DNA of 63,833 nucleotides, the filler included, from Octopus bimaculoides (taxonomy: Eukaryota): NCBI RefSeq assembly GCF_001194135.2. It is 5 parts of 5 records of this genome, joined end to end, with 100 filler letters (N's around TTAATTAATTAA, not from the genome) between each part and the next. Parts side by side here need not be neighbours in the genome. Positions count along the whole stretch, not along the records: positions 18,298 to 27,179 come from NC_068992.1; positions 27,280 to 53,743 come from NC_068985.1; 3 more parts are not named here. One strand, written 5' to 3'. Both the position numbers and the translations under genes were made by a program. Below, one piece after another: positions 23,332-38,038 of this stretch. The notes under the pieces are model-generated. The model ran no database searches, had not been told where the DNA came from, and worked only from the letters and a program-made list of their open reading frames with translations. The number at the start of each line of letters is the position of its first letter. The stretch's first letter is position 1.

Positions 23332-24434
23332 TATATATTATACTTAATCTGATTAGCACTATCTAATTCAAAAATGTCAACCAGGAAATCTTGAAGCAGT
23401 GACAAGCAGTAAAGCTTTTGCTTCCAACGACAAGAAATAACAAATCATCTTAGCTTTATTTTGCTATTTATATATCCAAATAGACAGCACATTGCATACA
23501 GCATATTGCAGCATATTGTCTACTCACACACACAAATATACAAATGCGGCGGAGGTGGTGGGGACAGTTGCTTCTGGTGGTGATTTATGTATATATTTAT
23601 GCAAGTACAGAGGCTATACACAAATATAATTCTATTTTCTCCTAAACACTTAAGCTAATGTCTGCCACATATAATAACTTATATATCATTGGTATTTAAA
23701 AGTATTTAGGATTACATTATCTTGTGTATTGTTCTCAATGATTTTTTTGTTTTGTTTTTGAAGACAGGGTGTCGCAGATGATTTGGCTGCTATTTCTAGC
23801 AGGTCAGTTGACCTCCCATCAACTCCCCTCCAAGTATTACATACTCAAATGTATCGTTCGCTTTTTCTCAAGCTTGTGCTATATTAAAAGAGAACTTCTA
23901 TATGGTCACCAGATCTGCTAGAAATACAAACCAAATCTTCAAATTACATCCTACCACCTTGAAAAAGAAAACAAATTGGTAGATATAATGTAGCACCGGT
24001 TTCACAGAACATAGTAAAAAGAAGGAATAGTCACAGCTGGAACACCTTTGAATATAGGTCTGCTCAATCAGGCTTTTAATCAAAGACTGCACACCTTGCT
24101 TGACCTGAATATAAACCCATAACTAAGTTTACGTAACAAATAAAATGAATAACAGTTTGCCTGTTTCAAATGCTGAAAACCGTTTCAGCTGTTCCAGTAA
24201 TGCAAAAATTTCCATTCAATTAACCTTTTCCCAACCACAGCTGGTAATAACATCAAAAATTACATCACTTAGAGATACACTGACCCAAATTCTGTTGTTT
24301 TGCTTCTTTTTATTCGTATTTTTAACCTTTTGAATACAGATAATATAGTAGATATTATATATGGTAGCCATTAGCACAAGAAAACCAGTCTGGTTTAGGA
24401 GAAAATAGGATTATATTTGTGTATAACTGCTGTA

Positions 24435-24478
<44 letters not shown>

Positions 24479-24479
24479 T

Positions 24480-24519
<40 letters not shown>

Positions 24520-25027
24520 ATAATAAGCTACTGCGTGCAATTTGGATGTATAAATACCAAAACCAAGTGTAGATAATATATTCTTTCTTCTTATTTATTT
24601 TTGTTCGATGTGAAAGCATTACTGTCTCTCACTGGTCCAAGTTTCCATGGATGCATTTCTCAGTTAGACAGGGCTAACCTGCATGCACGCATGCACACAC
24701 ACACATACACTGAACAATAATTCAGATTACGAAGAACAGAGGATGATAGAAGGTAAATCAGACCATCCAATCATTTCAAGCAGGTAACTCAAAAAGGCAG
24801 AGCTTCTATGTCTACAATGCTTAGCAACCAACTTGAATAGTAAAGTGTTGTGGAAATGTGTGCATTGAAAAGGGGCCTCACTCTCCAGTCTACTCTTTTT
24901 GCAATCCTGACACATGTCAGATTACTGAAGATCCCAAAGAGTGTGTAGAACTTGTTGCTTAATTCTATGCTGCCAGAGTCTTAGTAACACTCAGTAAAAC
25001 CTTTGACAATCCCTAACCAGTTATCTA

Positions 25028-26087
25028 TTAGGTTGAGGAATAATTCATGAGTGTTTATTTCGAATTTAAAAATGCATGCAGGAATAAAATGCATTGGCAA
25101 AATGTTCTATGTTATTTAAAAGAAAATTTTTTGCTCTACAAGACAATGTGTTTTGATTTTATAATTTAATTGATTTTTGTGTATTTTCAGATCATTAAAA
25201 TGGAATGTCAAGTAGACAAAACTGAGCATTTTTGCCACCGTTTGCTTTTTGCATTTAATCGAGGTATTAAGCCTGCCAAAGCTGCTCATGAGGTTTGTGC
25301 TGTGTATGGAGAAGGAGCAATGCCTCAATGTACCACCTGCCATTGGTTTTTCATATTTCAAAAATGGGAATTTTAACCTCAAAGATGGATCACACACTGG
25401 TTGACCAATTGAGTTCGATGAAGAGCAATTGAATCAACTTCTTCACGAAAATCCACATCAAACAACCAGAGAATTGGTGGAGCAGAGGAATTGTGATAAA
25501 AAACTATGTTGAACCACCTTTCCCTCAACGGGCAAGGTTAAGAAACTTGGCTCTTGGATGCCACACACTTTGAGTGAAAACAAGAAAAATCTACACCCCA
25601 CAATCACCACCAGATTGCTCGCTCGACATCACTCAACACATGGTTACAAACAACGTTTTCTTTACCGCATTGTTACTGGCAATGAAAAATGGTGCTTTCT
25701 CATTAACATGAAGCAGCAAAAAGAATGGGTCAGCCCTGACAAACAGGCAACTCTGTGATCAAAACAAGACCTTCATCCTCAAAAGACCATATTGTATGTA
25801 TAGCGGGACTGGGAAGGAATGATTCATCACAAACTGCTTGAGTGCAACCAAACACTCAATGTGGAGCTCTACATTCAATAACTGCACCGACTTAATGAAG
25901 CAATTCAGCAAAAAAGATGGAATAGGCGAAATGGCATTCTTCTGCAACATGATAATGCCCATCCTCACTTCGCCAATGAGACTGAAACCACGATTCAAAA
26001 ACTCAAATGGGAAGAACTGCCTCATCCTCCATACTCTCCAGACTTGACGCCATCAGATTTTCATCTCTTTCGACTGCTTTCAAACGT
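25028..26087 (+). mobile_element. 3'-truncated mariner (DD34D) element, defective
   Basis: TA then TTAGGTTGAGGAATAATTCATGAG left end; MECQVDKTEHFCHRLLFAFNRG; RIVTGNEKWCFLINMK; HPPYSPDLTPSDFHLF. No right TIR seen. Confidence 0.88.
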
Positions 26088-26867
26088 TTCTGGTGGAAAA
26101 TCTCTCGTTGAAATATTAGCAAGAGACCGAAAGTGCTGATTGCTTCCTAGCAACTAAGGAATCCATTGATTTTGACTAGCAAGCGTGCTACGTAGTAAAA
26201 ATGACAATTCTGGGAAAATACGCCATATCAATTGTTGTTGGGTTGACTTCAGTGGAAAATATTGGCAGTAAATTGCAGGTACAATATCAGATTATGAAAG
26301 TAAATGGTTACAAACATTTACAGACATATCTCTGTGATCTTTGGTTTGTTCTTTATTTGACTGGCATTACCATAACTAGAACTGTGAGGGGAAGAACTAC
26401 TGCTCCATTAATTCTTCTCCGATGCCAATCCATTATCTAACTGCTGCTCTCAATCTTTTCATTCATTACAACTTAACATGCTATGTTTCTAAAAACCACA
26501 AAGAAACATCAACAACAATAGAATTCCTGTCCGTTTAATATGGGCAAAGCTATCAAAGAGATGCATGTGTTATAAATCACAAGGATATAAACAGTAATTA
26601 GATTTTTATAACTGCCTTCAGTGTAACAGTTTTCATCTGATTGTATAATGAAAGCTAAAGTTGAATTCATACTATTTACTTTTATGCGATCAAAGAACTT
26701 CAATTCAGAGAAAAACAATAAAATAAAAAAATAAATAAAAACTTAAAATAAACGGATGACATGAAAAAGCAATTTTTTTTTTTAATTAACATATTTACTA
26801 ACCAATAATAGATCTGTAATCCACAACATATTTGAGGGAAAACTGAACTCAGAGAGGGTTAAAATAA

Positions 26868-27179
26868 TTAGCAGGAACAGAACAGCTAAGAAGAACTGAC
26901 AAGAAACAATAGCAGAACAGAACAGATAAGAAGAACTGACAAGAAACAATAGCAGAACAGAACAGATAAGAAGAACTGACAAGAAACAATAGCAGAACAG
27001 AACAGATAAGAAAAACTGACAAGAAACAATAGCAGAACAGAACAGATAAGAAAAACTGACAAGAAACAATAGCAGAACAGAACAGCTAAGAAGAACTGAC
27101 AAGAAACAATAGCAGAACAGAGCAGATAAGAAGAACTGACAAGAAACAATAGCAGAACAGAACAGCTAAGAAGAACTGA
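26868..27179. repeat. 40-bp minisatellite, about 7.5 copies, running into a gap
   Basis: Unit AGAACAGAACAGATAAGAAGAACTGACAAGAAACAATAGC with single-base variants. Confidence 0.97.
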
Positions 27180-27322
27180 NNNNNNNNNNNNNNNNNNNNN
27201 NNNNNNNNNNNNNNNNNNNNNNNTTAATTAATTAANNNNNNNNNNNNNNNNNNNNNNNNNNNNNNNNNNNNNNNNNNNNAGACAGACGGACGGACGGACG
27301 AACTGACAGACATACAGACAGC

Positions 27323-27373
<51 letters not shown>

Positions 27374-28303
27374 GTAGATAGATATTAGCGGACATGTATA
27401 TAATGATTGAGAGAGGGTGAGGCATAAATAAATATAAATACATAAAAGAAATGGCGTTAAACTGTATGTGTGTGTGTGTGAATATATGCAAGTTGTATGT
27501 CGTTCATCTACGCACATATACACATATTAAGACTGTAGAACGACACATAGCGTAAATTAAATTGTGAAAAGGAAAATAAGTGGTGTATGAGTGAGAGATG
27601 TCGGCTACAGGATAATGTAAATGAACGTACGTAAATTGATGAGTGTGTTTGCAAATGTAACAAAAGTTAAGAAATGTAAATTCTTAGAAATTCTGCTGGA
27701 GAAATATAATTGCGATGTCTGTTGTTCGCGAGAAATTATGCATAAATTTAAATATATTAAAAATCACATAAAGCAGAACGTTGATCTCTGATTCCTCATG
27801 TCACACATATGAATTGTGCAAAATCAGAATTGAAGCCAAAGATGTACTTTAGCAATAATGTGTTGCATTCAGGTTTAGCAAGGATTCCTTAATCAGTAAA
27901 ACAATAATTTTAAGCAAATTATAAGGGGGAAAATTAAATTAATGCGTATCAAAAAGGCTCATCCCATTAGATTCCCTTTGCATAAAGTGTACTTAAGTTA
28001 AACTTATTTACACTTACACACGAACAACGAAATTATAACCACTCATACTGGTGATATCAGGTTTCAGTTCCTGTGCCACGAGTCATGTTGTTTTTCTTTA
28101 AACAAAACATTTTGCTTCACGTTGCACTGCGATAATTTCAATATTTAACGTTTGGCACATCTGCACTTGTACATGTAATGTCGTTTCGATGGTGTGCGTG
28201 TGCTCATGTACTTTATCAAGTCATTCTTGCAGGTAGTTCAATAAGAAAATGCGGAATGTCTCGAGAACCTCATAAGAAGGAACGATTATTAGCCGGATGC
28301 CTT

Positions 28304-28476
28304 TATTCTTTTCTACTCTAGGAACAAGACCCGAAATTTTGGTGGAGAGGGCGCAGTCGATTAGATCGACCACAATACCCAACTGGTACTTAATTTATCG
28401 ACTCCGAAAGGATGAAAGGCAAAGTCGACCTCGGCGGAATTTGAACTCAGTACATCAAGACAGACGAAATACCGAA
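28304..28476 (-). mobile_element. SINE family A
   Basis: CTGGTACTTAATTTATCGACTCCGAAAGGATGAAAGGCAAAGTCGACCTCGGCGGAATTTGAACTCAG. Confidence 0.88.
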
Positions 28477-29692
28477 AAGAAGAAATGCAAATTCGAACTC
28501 GGTGTAATTTGATGTTAGAACGTATAGTCGAATGAAATGCGCTAAGTATTATACCAGGTTTTATGACAATTTCGACTTATCATACCTCAATACTAATATG
28601 GCTTTCACGTATGATGTAAATCGTGCAAATATTTGCAGTGATAATTTCAGGACTACTTTTGTACATTTTACAGAGCTAGGAATTTTGAATAACATACATG
28701 CTCTTAAAAGAATTCATAACGATGAGTGTAGTATATTTTAGATGATAGTGCTTATCGTACATGTATCTTAATTTACTTGACGATACTAAAATATGGACTG
28801 TAATTCGATTTAAGATATAGCACTTCGGAAATATATGAATATTTTAATGTCACAATACTAATTTAAATTGTACTAACGTAAGCTGTAACTGATAGTGTCG
28901 GTTGAGTGTTGCCATTCTGGTAAGCCGGAACCGGTTCGATGACAAGATGAAGTAATTGTAATTCTCATATATATTTTCAAATATTTACATCATTTTACAA
29001 TAATAGTTATACTCTGCTTCTTTCAGTCATAGGACAACAGTCATGGTGGAGCATCACCGTAACGAGTTTTAACCTCAAATAAATCGATCATAACATTGTT
29101 TTCTAAAACCTGGTACATACATATTACAAAATTACTGGGGCATAAAAAATGTGGTGGGAGACAAACACGAACACAAAGTTATATACATATATATATATAT
29201 ATATATANNNNNNNNNNNNNNNNNNNNNNNNNNNNNNNNNNNNNNNNNNNNNNNNNNNNNNNNNNNNNNNNNNNNNNNNNNNNNNNNNNNNNNNNNNNNN
29301 NNNNNNNNNNNNNNNNNNNNNNNNNNNNNNNNNNNNNNNNNNNNNNNNNNNNNNNNNNNNNNNNNNNNNNNNNNNNNNNNNNNNNNNNNNNNNNNNNNNN
29401 NNNNNNNNNNNNNNNNNNNNNNNNNNNNNNNNNNNNNNNNNNNNNNNNNNNNNNNNNNNNNNNNNNNNNNNNNNNNNNNNNNNNNNNNNNNNNNNNNNNN
29501 NNNNNNNNNNNNNNNNNNNNNNNNNNNNNNNNNNNNNNNNNNNNNNNNNNNNNNNNNNNNNNNNNNNNNNNNNNNNNNNNNNNNNNNNNNNNNNNNNNNN
29601 NNNNNNNNNNNNNNNNNNNNNNNNNNNNNNNNNNNNNNNNNNNNNNNNNNNNNNNNNNNNNNNNNNNNNNNNNNNNNNNNNNNNNNNNNNNN

Positions 29693-30336
29693 GGTTATTC
29701 CCACAAAAATAGCATTTACTGTTACTGTTCGTGGCTACTACCGTAGTTTCGCCCGCATCCGTGGTTAGATTATTCGTTGCTGCATAACTGTAGGCTGATT
29801 GAGGTGATGAATGGTAAGATTTCGAGTATGTACAGGCTATTTCAAATTATCTGGCTTCATCATAAGCTGTCTGAAGATCAGGTATTTTCTTTTCGAGAAG
29901 CCTTTGTCGAATATCATTAAACTGCAATCCGGTGATGAAAGCGTCTCGGATAGATTCGTTTTAATACTTCTCAGCGGAAACTGATTGAAAATTACAATCC
30001 TTCGCTAATGTTTGAGTCTTTGCAAAACTTCATCGAGACTTTGACCGCATTCTTGTTTATGTGTAGCCAGTAGATGTCTTGCAAAAATTTCATTCCTGGG
30101 CTTCACGTAGAGATTCTCTAATATTTGTATGGCATCATCATATGAAGAGAAATCAGCTACGTATTCGTTCACACATGGAGAAATATAGTTGATAAATGTA
30201 TTCAGTTTATCTGGTTGATGCTGTTCTAAATAATTAATAAAGGTGATGAAGATCCTGTGCCAGTGATTCCATGTTTGGTTGCATTTGTCGAATTAGGGTC
30301 TGCCTCAAATCGTTCTGGACGTAGAAATCGATCCAT
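29693..30336 (-). pseudogene. Ty3/Gypsy LTR-retrotransposon gag relic, ending at a gap inside the zinc knuckle
   Basis: My translation of the minus strand: MDRFLRPERFEADPNS...LYVKPRNEIFARHLLATHKQ...AKDCNF...ESIRDAFITGL...IRQRLLE...KCYFCGNN, with frameshifts and stops. Confidence 0.85.
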
Positions 30337-31406
30337 GTTTGAAAGAAGTTGAATAAATTGAAATATAAATACCAGAGAACAGAACGGACAATTTCAGACT
30401 GAATTTGTAAGGAGAACAGGATTGCCGTATTGGAAATAAGGCCTTATTCAACTTCTTTGACTGATACGGTAGACAAATAATAATTTTCGCCAGCGTGTTG
30501 AGAATGAGTTTACGACAACGACATGGTGCAGTTTGGTAATGAAAAGTTAGCCAAGATAATTACGTATAAAAAATACATACACGAACAGCATGTATATTTT
30601 CGTATAAACATGTATACGCAAAAAAAACATAAACATTATACACACAGTTCATTGCATTCTCATTGATTTTCTTTGTCGACATATCAGGAGCAGCTTTTCC
30701 TCCAAAGTTCCTTTGTATCTTATATGCGAATGGTTAGGTTTTCGGCAGAGTTGGTTAGTGTTATTTTAGATGGACAGTTCTAGTAAGCGTAGAGGTCAGT
30801 CGTGATATTTGCTTTGTCTCTCATAATAACTTATCAAAGATCGTCAGTCTAAATTTTCATGGTTCCTATACATGAAACTGTGTACGATATTCAGCTTGGG
30901 GATTCGGAGTTACCTGCATTTTTTACACGAATCAGGATTGCGAAAATTGTGGCACGCCTTATATGCCCGTGTGCCTTATATATCCATGTGCCGTTATATG
31001 CTCGAAAATAGAGTAAATGTAACAATCGGTACGTTTGGCCAAGAGAAATATCGTTTATGATAGATCTTCCCATCTTTCAACGATTGCTTGATGTAGTAAT
31101 GTTTACACATCTGGAACATATTCAAGAATGATGTTAAGTGTTAGTTATTTCTACTTGTCTGATAGATTTTATTGCATCAGTATGCAGGTGGATCTGCCTA
31201 ATACACATTATTATATAAAAGAACTGCGGAATTTTTGAAACATTTATAAAGGTTATTAATGGACAATATTGTTTCTACGACAAATATATATTTTACGTTT
31301 ATGTAACAAAAAATATTATATGATATAATGCCAAATACCCGTGATTGTCTATCATTTGTTTTTCCGTTTCTCACCCTCTTTCCTTCGCAAGTCTCCCCTC
31401 CCTTCT

Positions 31407-31461
<55 letters not shown>

Positions 31462-32444
31462 TTACATACAAACAAACACAAACACACATATATATATATG
31501 GGGGTTTCTGTGTATGTGTTTCTTTACGTCTGTGTGGCAGGCTGTGCGTCCGTGTATGTATGAGTGGCAATGATAAATGTATCTAAGTGTTTGCGTATGT
31601 ATGCTGATTATATTGAGCATGATTAATGGATCTTAATTCTTATCCAATCAATCGTTCTCTTATATACACACGCCAAATAATCTCAATCTTTAACGGGTTA
31701 ATCCATCATCTTGTACACTGTGACCATAATTGATACAGTTCAGTGCTTTAAATATCACAATCATTGCTTATTGGTTAAAAGCTTCGTTGAATTACAGCGA
31801 GATGGTTAATGTTCCGAAATGGCTGTTCAAGGGAAGAGCATTGCTATACAATACCGAATATAACTAAACGATTACACAAGGACTAATAATTCCTCTGCCA
31901 TATGATGGTACAATTTCTCTGATACATAAATGATGTGTGTGTTAATGTGTCCACGTACGAAATTCACTATGTATATATGATTCTGAAATTGATCACCACA
32001 ATTTCAACGCTGACGTCGAAGACATGTGGCAGCAAGGAACAGCACAGCAGCGGTAATAAAAACAAGAACAACAGCAACAACAGTAGCAACAAAAACGATA
32101 ACAGAAACAGCAGCATCAACATTAAAATGATAACAACAGCAAAACTAACTACAACAACAATAACATGTAAGGTTAGAGGATCCACATTGAGTCTTGTGAG
32201 ACAAACCCCTATAGAGGCAGCGCCTTGATAACTGGTAACGAACAGATTGATTAAATTCTGTTTCATCTACAGTAAGAAGTAAAATAGGTTTTGAACTGCA
32301 TCGTAGAAGAGGAAATGCAGTGCAGGGAACTAAGTGAAAGTAAGAATTAGTAATCAATTAAAGAACTACGAAAGCCTATCAACATCTTGGAAAGAAAGAA
32401 ATAAAGTAAAATAAGGAAGGAGAAATAACAGGAACTAGAACGTA

Positions 32445-33175
32445 GATATACGATCAAGAAAAGGGGTTAAATGTAGTCCTTCAAGAGTATAAACGATGAC
32501 TGCAAAGCGAAAGTTAGAAGCATTAAGTGATATGATGAAAGAATTTAACAGTATCAGATTAGCTGATTGTTCCAAAATGATCAGAGTTTATCAGCAGCTG
32601 AAAGGTTAACAGCGGTGAAGAACCTCATGCTGAATAAAATGGGAGGTCTTGGAGTAACATCTGGGAGAACGGAAAAAAAAATATTTTAAATGATGAATCG
32701 TTAAGTATTGAGATCAGGAAAAAATTAAAAAAAAACATGTAAAACAGATTTAAGGTAAGGTTAACAATTGAAATGGTAACTGAGGAGACAACTGGAATGT
32801 TCCATGCTGGAAATGCCAAGGTTCAGATGTGGAACAAATGTACTGGCTGAGAAATGTCCTAACATTACACAAAATATGGGAAAATGGATGAAATGGTCAA
32901 CGCCAAAGTGGATGACCACATGGGAAACCGTTCGTTGCCAAAATGACTCCGGTATAGTAATCCAATGGATGATAGATATCTCGAAATGATTCAAAATCGC
33001 AAGCCAAAAATATTACATGAATATGGCCAATGAAGACAGTAATTGTCATCCAAGTTGATGTAGGCGTACTCGGAGTATTAACAATCAGGTTTGAGAAGTT
33101 GTTTGGAAAAATTGGGAATGATATCCCATGCTCAGAAAAATGCACTCTTGAGGACCGTGAGGAATTTGAGATTGG
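32445..33175 (+). mobile_element. R4/Dong-like (restriction-like endonuclease) non-LTR retrotransposon relic with most of the RT deleted
   Basis: KGLNVV...QYQIS*LFQNDQ..VYQQLKG; WKCQGSDVEQMYWLRN; PKWMTTWETVRCQND; then C-terminal VIVIQVDVGVLGV...KCTLEDREEFE resembling V.PIVVGALG...QK..LL.T.R.LR. Confidence 0.65.
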
Positions 33176-33204
33176 TATTGGATATTAAGTACCATGCAAG
33201 AAGA

Positions 33205-33296
33205 CATTGTGAATTTGAAATCAGAACATAACGGCAGACGAAATAACGCTAAACATTTCGTCCTGCGTGCTAACTGTTCTGCAGTTCACCGCCTTC
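33205..33296 (-). mobile_element. SINE family A head fragment
   Basis: GAATTTGAAATCAGAAC...AGACGAAATA...CGTGCTAACTGTTCTGCAGTTCACCGCC. Confidence 0.7.
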
Positions 33297-34412
33297 CAAA
33301 CGTGAGCGACATTCTCACTATTGTCATATACGTTTTCGAAATGATTCCTTTTCACATTTTCTTTAAAATATCATCACATTTCGTCCATATTCAAACTCAC
33401 TGCTAAATAGACATTTTCTTAACATGGCTGCTAGTTGTGTGGGTTGCAACAGTTCCGTACTCCATAGAGTAACGTCAATACTTAGGTTTCGACCACTGTT
33501 ATTCATTAAAGACAAACGTTTGAAATCGTGCTGTGCTTCTGAGGAAATACTTTACTGGGGAGTCTTTAGTGCTTACGTCTTCATGCGTCATTTTATATCT
33601 AATGATTTCTGACGACGCAGACATCTCCTCGTGTTTTTTGTTTATTATTTTCATAAATAATAACTGCGACCGCGACGAAACAATTTCAAATTTGCTTTCA
33701 CGTTAATATATATATACATATATNNNNNNNNNNNNNNNNNNNNNNNNNNNNNNNNNNNNNNNNNNNNNNNNNNNNNNNNNNNNNNNNNNNNNNNNNNNNN
33801 NNNNNNNNNNNNNNNNNNNNNNNNNNNNNNNNNNNNNNNNNNNNNNNNNNNNNNNNNNNNNNNNNNNNNNNNNNNNNNNNNNNNNNNNNNNNNNNNNNNN
33901 NNNNNNNNNNNNNNNNNNNNNNNNNNNNNNNNNNNNNNNNNNNNNNNNNNNNNNNNNNNNNNNNNNNNNNNNNNNNNNNNNNNNNNNNNNNNNNNNNNNN
34001 NNTATATATTGATCAACTCTATTGACAAACTTTGTAATAAATATTTGAAAACAAGCGCTGATATTATTTCCCAAGAGCAAACAAACTGCAACCTACATAT
34101 CTATGTTCTCTTGTATACTTTGTATTATATGTTTCGGTCATATCTATTTGACTATATGGCACAAACAATGTATTATGTTATATGTGTACGTGAATGTATT
34201 ACTTTATACAATTTGTAAAGATGTTATTGACGTGCGTTGAATATATTATCTTTCTTCCTCAATTTCTCGATCTATGTGTTTCTAAATATATAGTTGTGTT
34301 CGCTTGTTTCTATGTGTGTGTGTATGTGTATGTATACATATATATAAAAACTGATATATATACATATGTGTGTGTGTGCGTGTGTATAGATAGATAGAGG
34401 CATACATACATG

Positions 34413-34445
<33 letters not shown>

Positions 34446-34455
34446 NNNNNNNNNN

Positions 34456-34489
<34 letters not shown>

Positions 34490-34590
34490 TGTATATATGT
34501 ACATATATATACATACATGTATATATATGTATATATATATGTGTGTATATATATATTTATATGTATGTATGTATAAACACACACATACAT

Positions 34591-34681
<91 letters not shown>

Positions 34682-37600
34682 CTCGTATCCATAAATATAT
34701 GCATGAAAATAAACGTGTAGATAATGGACTGAATAAATTTTTGTTCCTTTCCTTATTTCAACGAGAAATCTCAGACTCAAACACCACTTAGCGGTACAGA
34801 ATCCTGACCGTGCTATTCTTCATAACGCCACTCACTGTCGCTGTTTCATACGAGGAGATGGCTATTTGATCACACACAGTTTTGGGGCCTGTTTCTGTGT
34901 ACAACATATTACAGATTTCCTTCTCGCTGCATTATGACCAACATTTGTTCTCCTCCCGTTCTTCTCGATCTAATTCATGCAATCTACGATCCGGCTATCT
35001 CACCCAAGTTAATTAACTATAGCACGAAATGCTGACTACCCTTAATCACTTTATGTCATCTGTCGGTAGATATGATTCGTCTGCAACATGTACCGATATA
35101 ATTCGACTACAACATCAATGAAACATTCCTGACGAGAATCTACTAACAGTCTACAAATATTCTTTTATATCTGTTTCCTCTAGCGTTTTGTTTGTATAAA
35201 AGGAAACGAATTGTTTTCTAGTCTTCAACTGATTTTAAATATATCAAATAGAATTATCACAGTAAGTATTTCAGAGATGAGCATGGAAATTTGTTTAGCA
35301 ATTCATCGAATGCTGAAATATGCAGTATTTACAGATAAACCTATGTGTTATTTCCTGCAAAGGATTTGTCTGTAATCCAAACAAGTGAAAAAATCCCCCA
35401 AGGAGTATGTCAGGGAAGCAGGATGAAGTTTAAGGTGGCAATGGTTGATAAAAGACCACACGTGGAACTCTTCTTCCGGCGAAGACTAATTCATTCCTCG
35501 CAGTCTCCCTCAGGCGAAATGTAGAGGCTGAGGCGCAAAAAATACTTGGAAATTTGAGATGCCTACTGACGATACGAACAAGTTTGCAACATTGGGATGG
35601 ATTTAGAAGAAGAGCTTCCAAAACCATTCTCCAGCTCCTCCATTTTCTGCGTAGGGAGAGACATCTGTGATATTTATTTCCCCTTTATTATTTGCTCAAT
35701 GGCGTTTGACCTTTAATTTCTTTTAGGTTCATTGAAAATAGGTATACAAATAGACAAATAAATATGAAGGGGATCTAGAAAGAGTTATGCATCTAAATCT
35801 ATATCTCTCATTGTCTCGATATCTTTTACCCTCTCCCCATCTTTCTCTCCACTCACTCTCACACACACAGTCACACACATAAATATACATGCATACAATA
35901 TATATAATGTAGACATGTATATGTATGTATTTTTTAAGAATGATTATATGTGCCGGTTCTCTTTATGTCCCTTTGAAACATTATTTAATTTCAAGAATTC
36001 AATCACTGAGTAAATTGAATTGCAAGTCATGAATGAAAATAACTGCGTTTAACTACCTTTATGATTTATATAATCTACCCTTTGATATTAAGATATATTT
36101 TATTACATTATATCTCATAAACAATAAGACTCAGTGCAAATACGACAGTGGAGGGCGCTGGTTTCTCAATACACATACGGCCGTATCTCATATTATATAT
36201 ATATATATATATATGTATCGTGCTTATATATTTGATTTGCTAAATTTAATATATTCTTGCAGAGAAAAGGTGCATGAAATGTATGGGCAGATGCAATAAC
36301 ATGGTTTCACATTCAATTTTAATTCTAATCGTGGTTATCTTTTTCTATAAACTATAGTATAATCTTTTATAATAACACTGGATAATTCTATGTCTAAGCT
36401 ATATGTGACACTCTACTCGGATTACAAATTATCATGGTAAATATAGTTTTCCACTAGTAATTACCTCGTCGCCGATCATTCACACTGATCGCTTTTACAG
36501 AGGATCAATTTATTTTCGGCCGCCAAATTCTCGAGTGAATACGTTCATATTTGGATGAAGAAATATGTGATCAAAGATTGTTCACCTCCGACTAACACAT
36601 CATTACTCTACGCATTTAATAATCAATAATTGCAATATCATTCATTTTACAACAATACTGAAAGTGTTTTAATCACCTTTCCTCGTATATCAAGTCTCAA
36701 TATCGGATGTTTCTCAGTCTTCAGTTATTTAGCTTCAGATCACCTCTCTACGAGCAGATACCATTTCAATGATGAAAAAAGCGATACTTTTCTGTCTTTT
36801 ATTTATAGATTTATTATTTCATTAACAAATTTATTGTTATCCACTGACCAATGTAATATTTCTATATAATATTTGTTGGATACCTTGTGACTACGTAGTG
36901 TCTTCCTCATTATTTCGATATTATTTTTTCAGAGGAAATGCACGTTTTTCAAATTATATTCAGTGAATAAATCCGTTGTCAGATGGAGATCTACTCACTA
37001 ATTCAACGTCTCTATGCAACATCACATCAGGGCTATTTGTTTGCTTCATCGTCACCGTATACTTAGAAATTATGATGATTCTGATGATAACATTGGATGT
37101 GAATGCATATGGTGCCAATGGTGATAGTACATATAACTGCAAAAATTCCTCTAAAAAATTAAGGGTAATTTATCCCCATTATTTCAGTAATATTTGTTCT
37201 CATGCTCTCCCTGCACATAGCCATCATATTATTTAGAATAAAACTTGCATGTTCTTTATATAAAATATATTGATGTGCTTCGAATGATACTTCTCATCAT
37301 AAAATATTTAACTACAGAAACGGAGATCACGAATTCATTTCCTAATATTTTACATGTCGCTTGTTCTATGATTAAAATATTCTGTATATTGCGTCAGTAT
37401 ATTCATTTATTGAATGAGCTGTCGATGGAAACCTTATTCAGGCAGTAGAACAGTTATTTATAGAAGACAATTTTTCCCTCTGTTTTTAAGAATTGAGAAC
37501 CATTTGGACAACGTTAACGTCCATACAGAGTAACAGAAATATGAAATGGGTACGGCCCAATAGCATTTAGCCGTAAGTTTACGTGATAGTATTTGATATT

Positions 37601-37819
37601 AGGAACCATTTAAGGAACATATCACAAGTCCTAGATGTCAGTAAAGTGATCTGTAAAATATTTTAAACATAACCCTGTCTAAGGCTTAAGTTATTGTTTT
37701 GTCAGGATATTTATCCCCTAAATATCATAAGATTATTCAGATGATATTTCTTCATATTTTAATCTCAAAATTGGATCTATATTCCATACTTAGCAATGTG
37801 AGTATCTCGAATTCTGAAA

Positions 37820-38038
37820 TTTGGTTTCAAATTTTGGCACAAGGCAAGCGGTTTCGGGGGGAGACGGAAAGTCCATTTAACCGAAACTCGTCCTCAACTG
37901 ATACTCATTCTATCGAACGCAAAATGATGTAAGTTAAAGTCGGCTCCGGTAGCATTTGAAATCAAAGGGTAAAGACAGATGAAGTGTCAGTAGTCATTCT
38001 GTTTGGCGTGCTAACCGTTCTGCCAGCTCGCCGCCTTA
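37820..38038 (-). mobile_element. SINE family A, diverged
   Basis: Ends CGTGCTAACCGTTCTGCCAGCTCGCCGCC; starts CAAATTTTGGCACAAGG. Confidence 0.75.

Noticed and set aside
26782-27149. Hydrophobic repeat ORFs and a CRISPR-like appearance of the 40-bp array
   Set aside because: Contiguous tandem units with no unique spacers and no cas genes, in eukaryotic DNA; it is a minisatellite.
35430-35650. GC-richer segment with acceptor-like CTCTCCCTACGCAG and a 65-aa ORF (-)
   Set aside because: No matching donor and no recognisable peptide; not supportable without RNA data.
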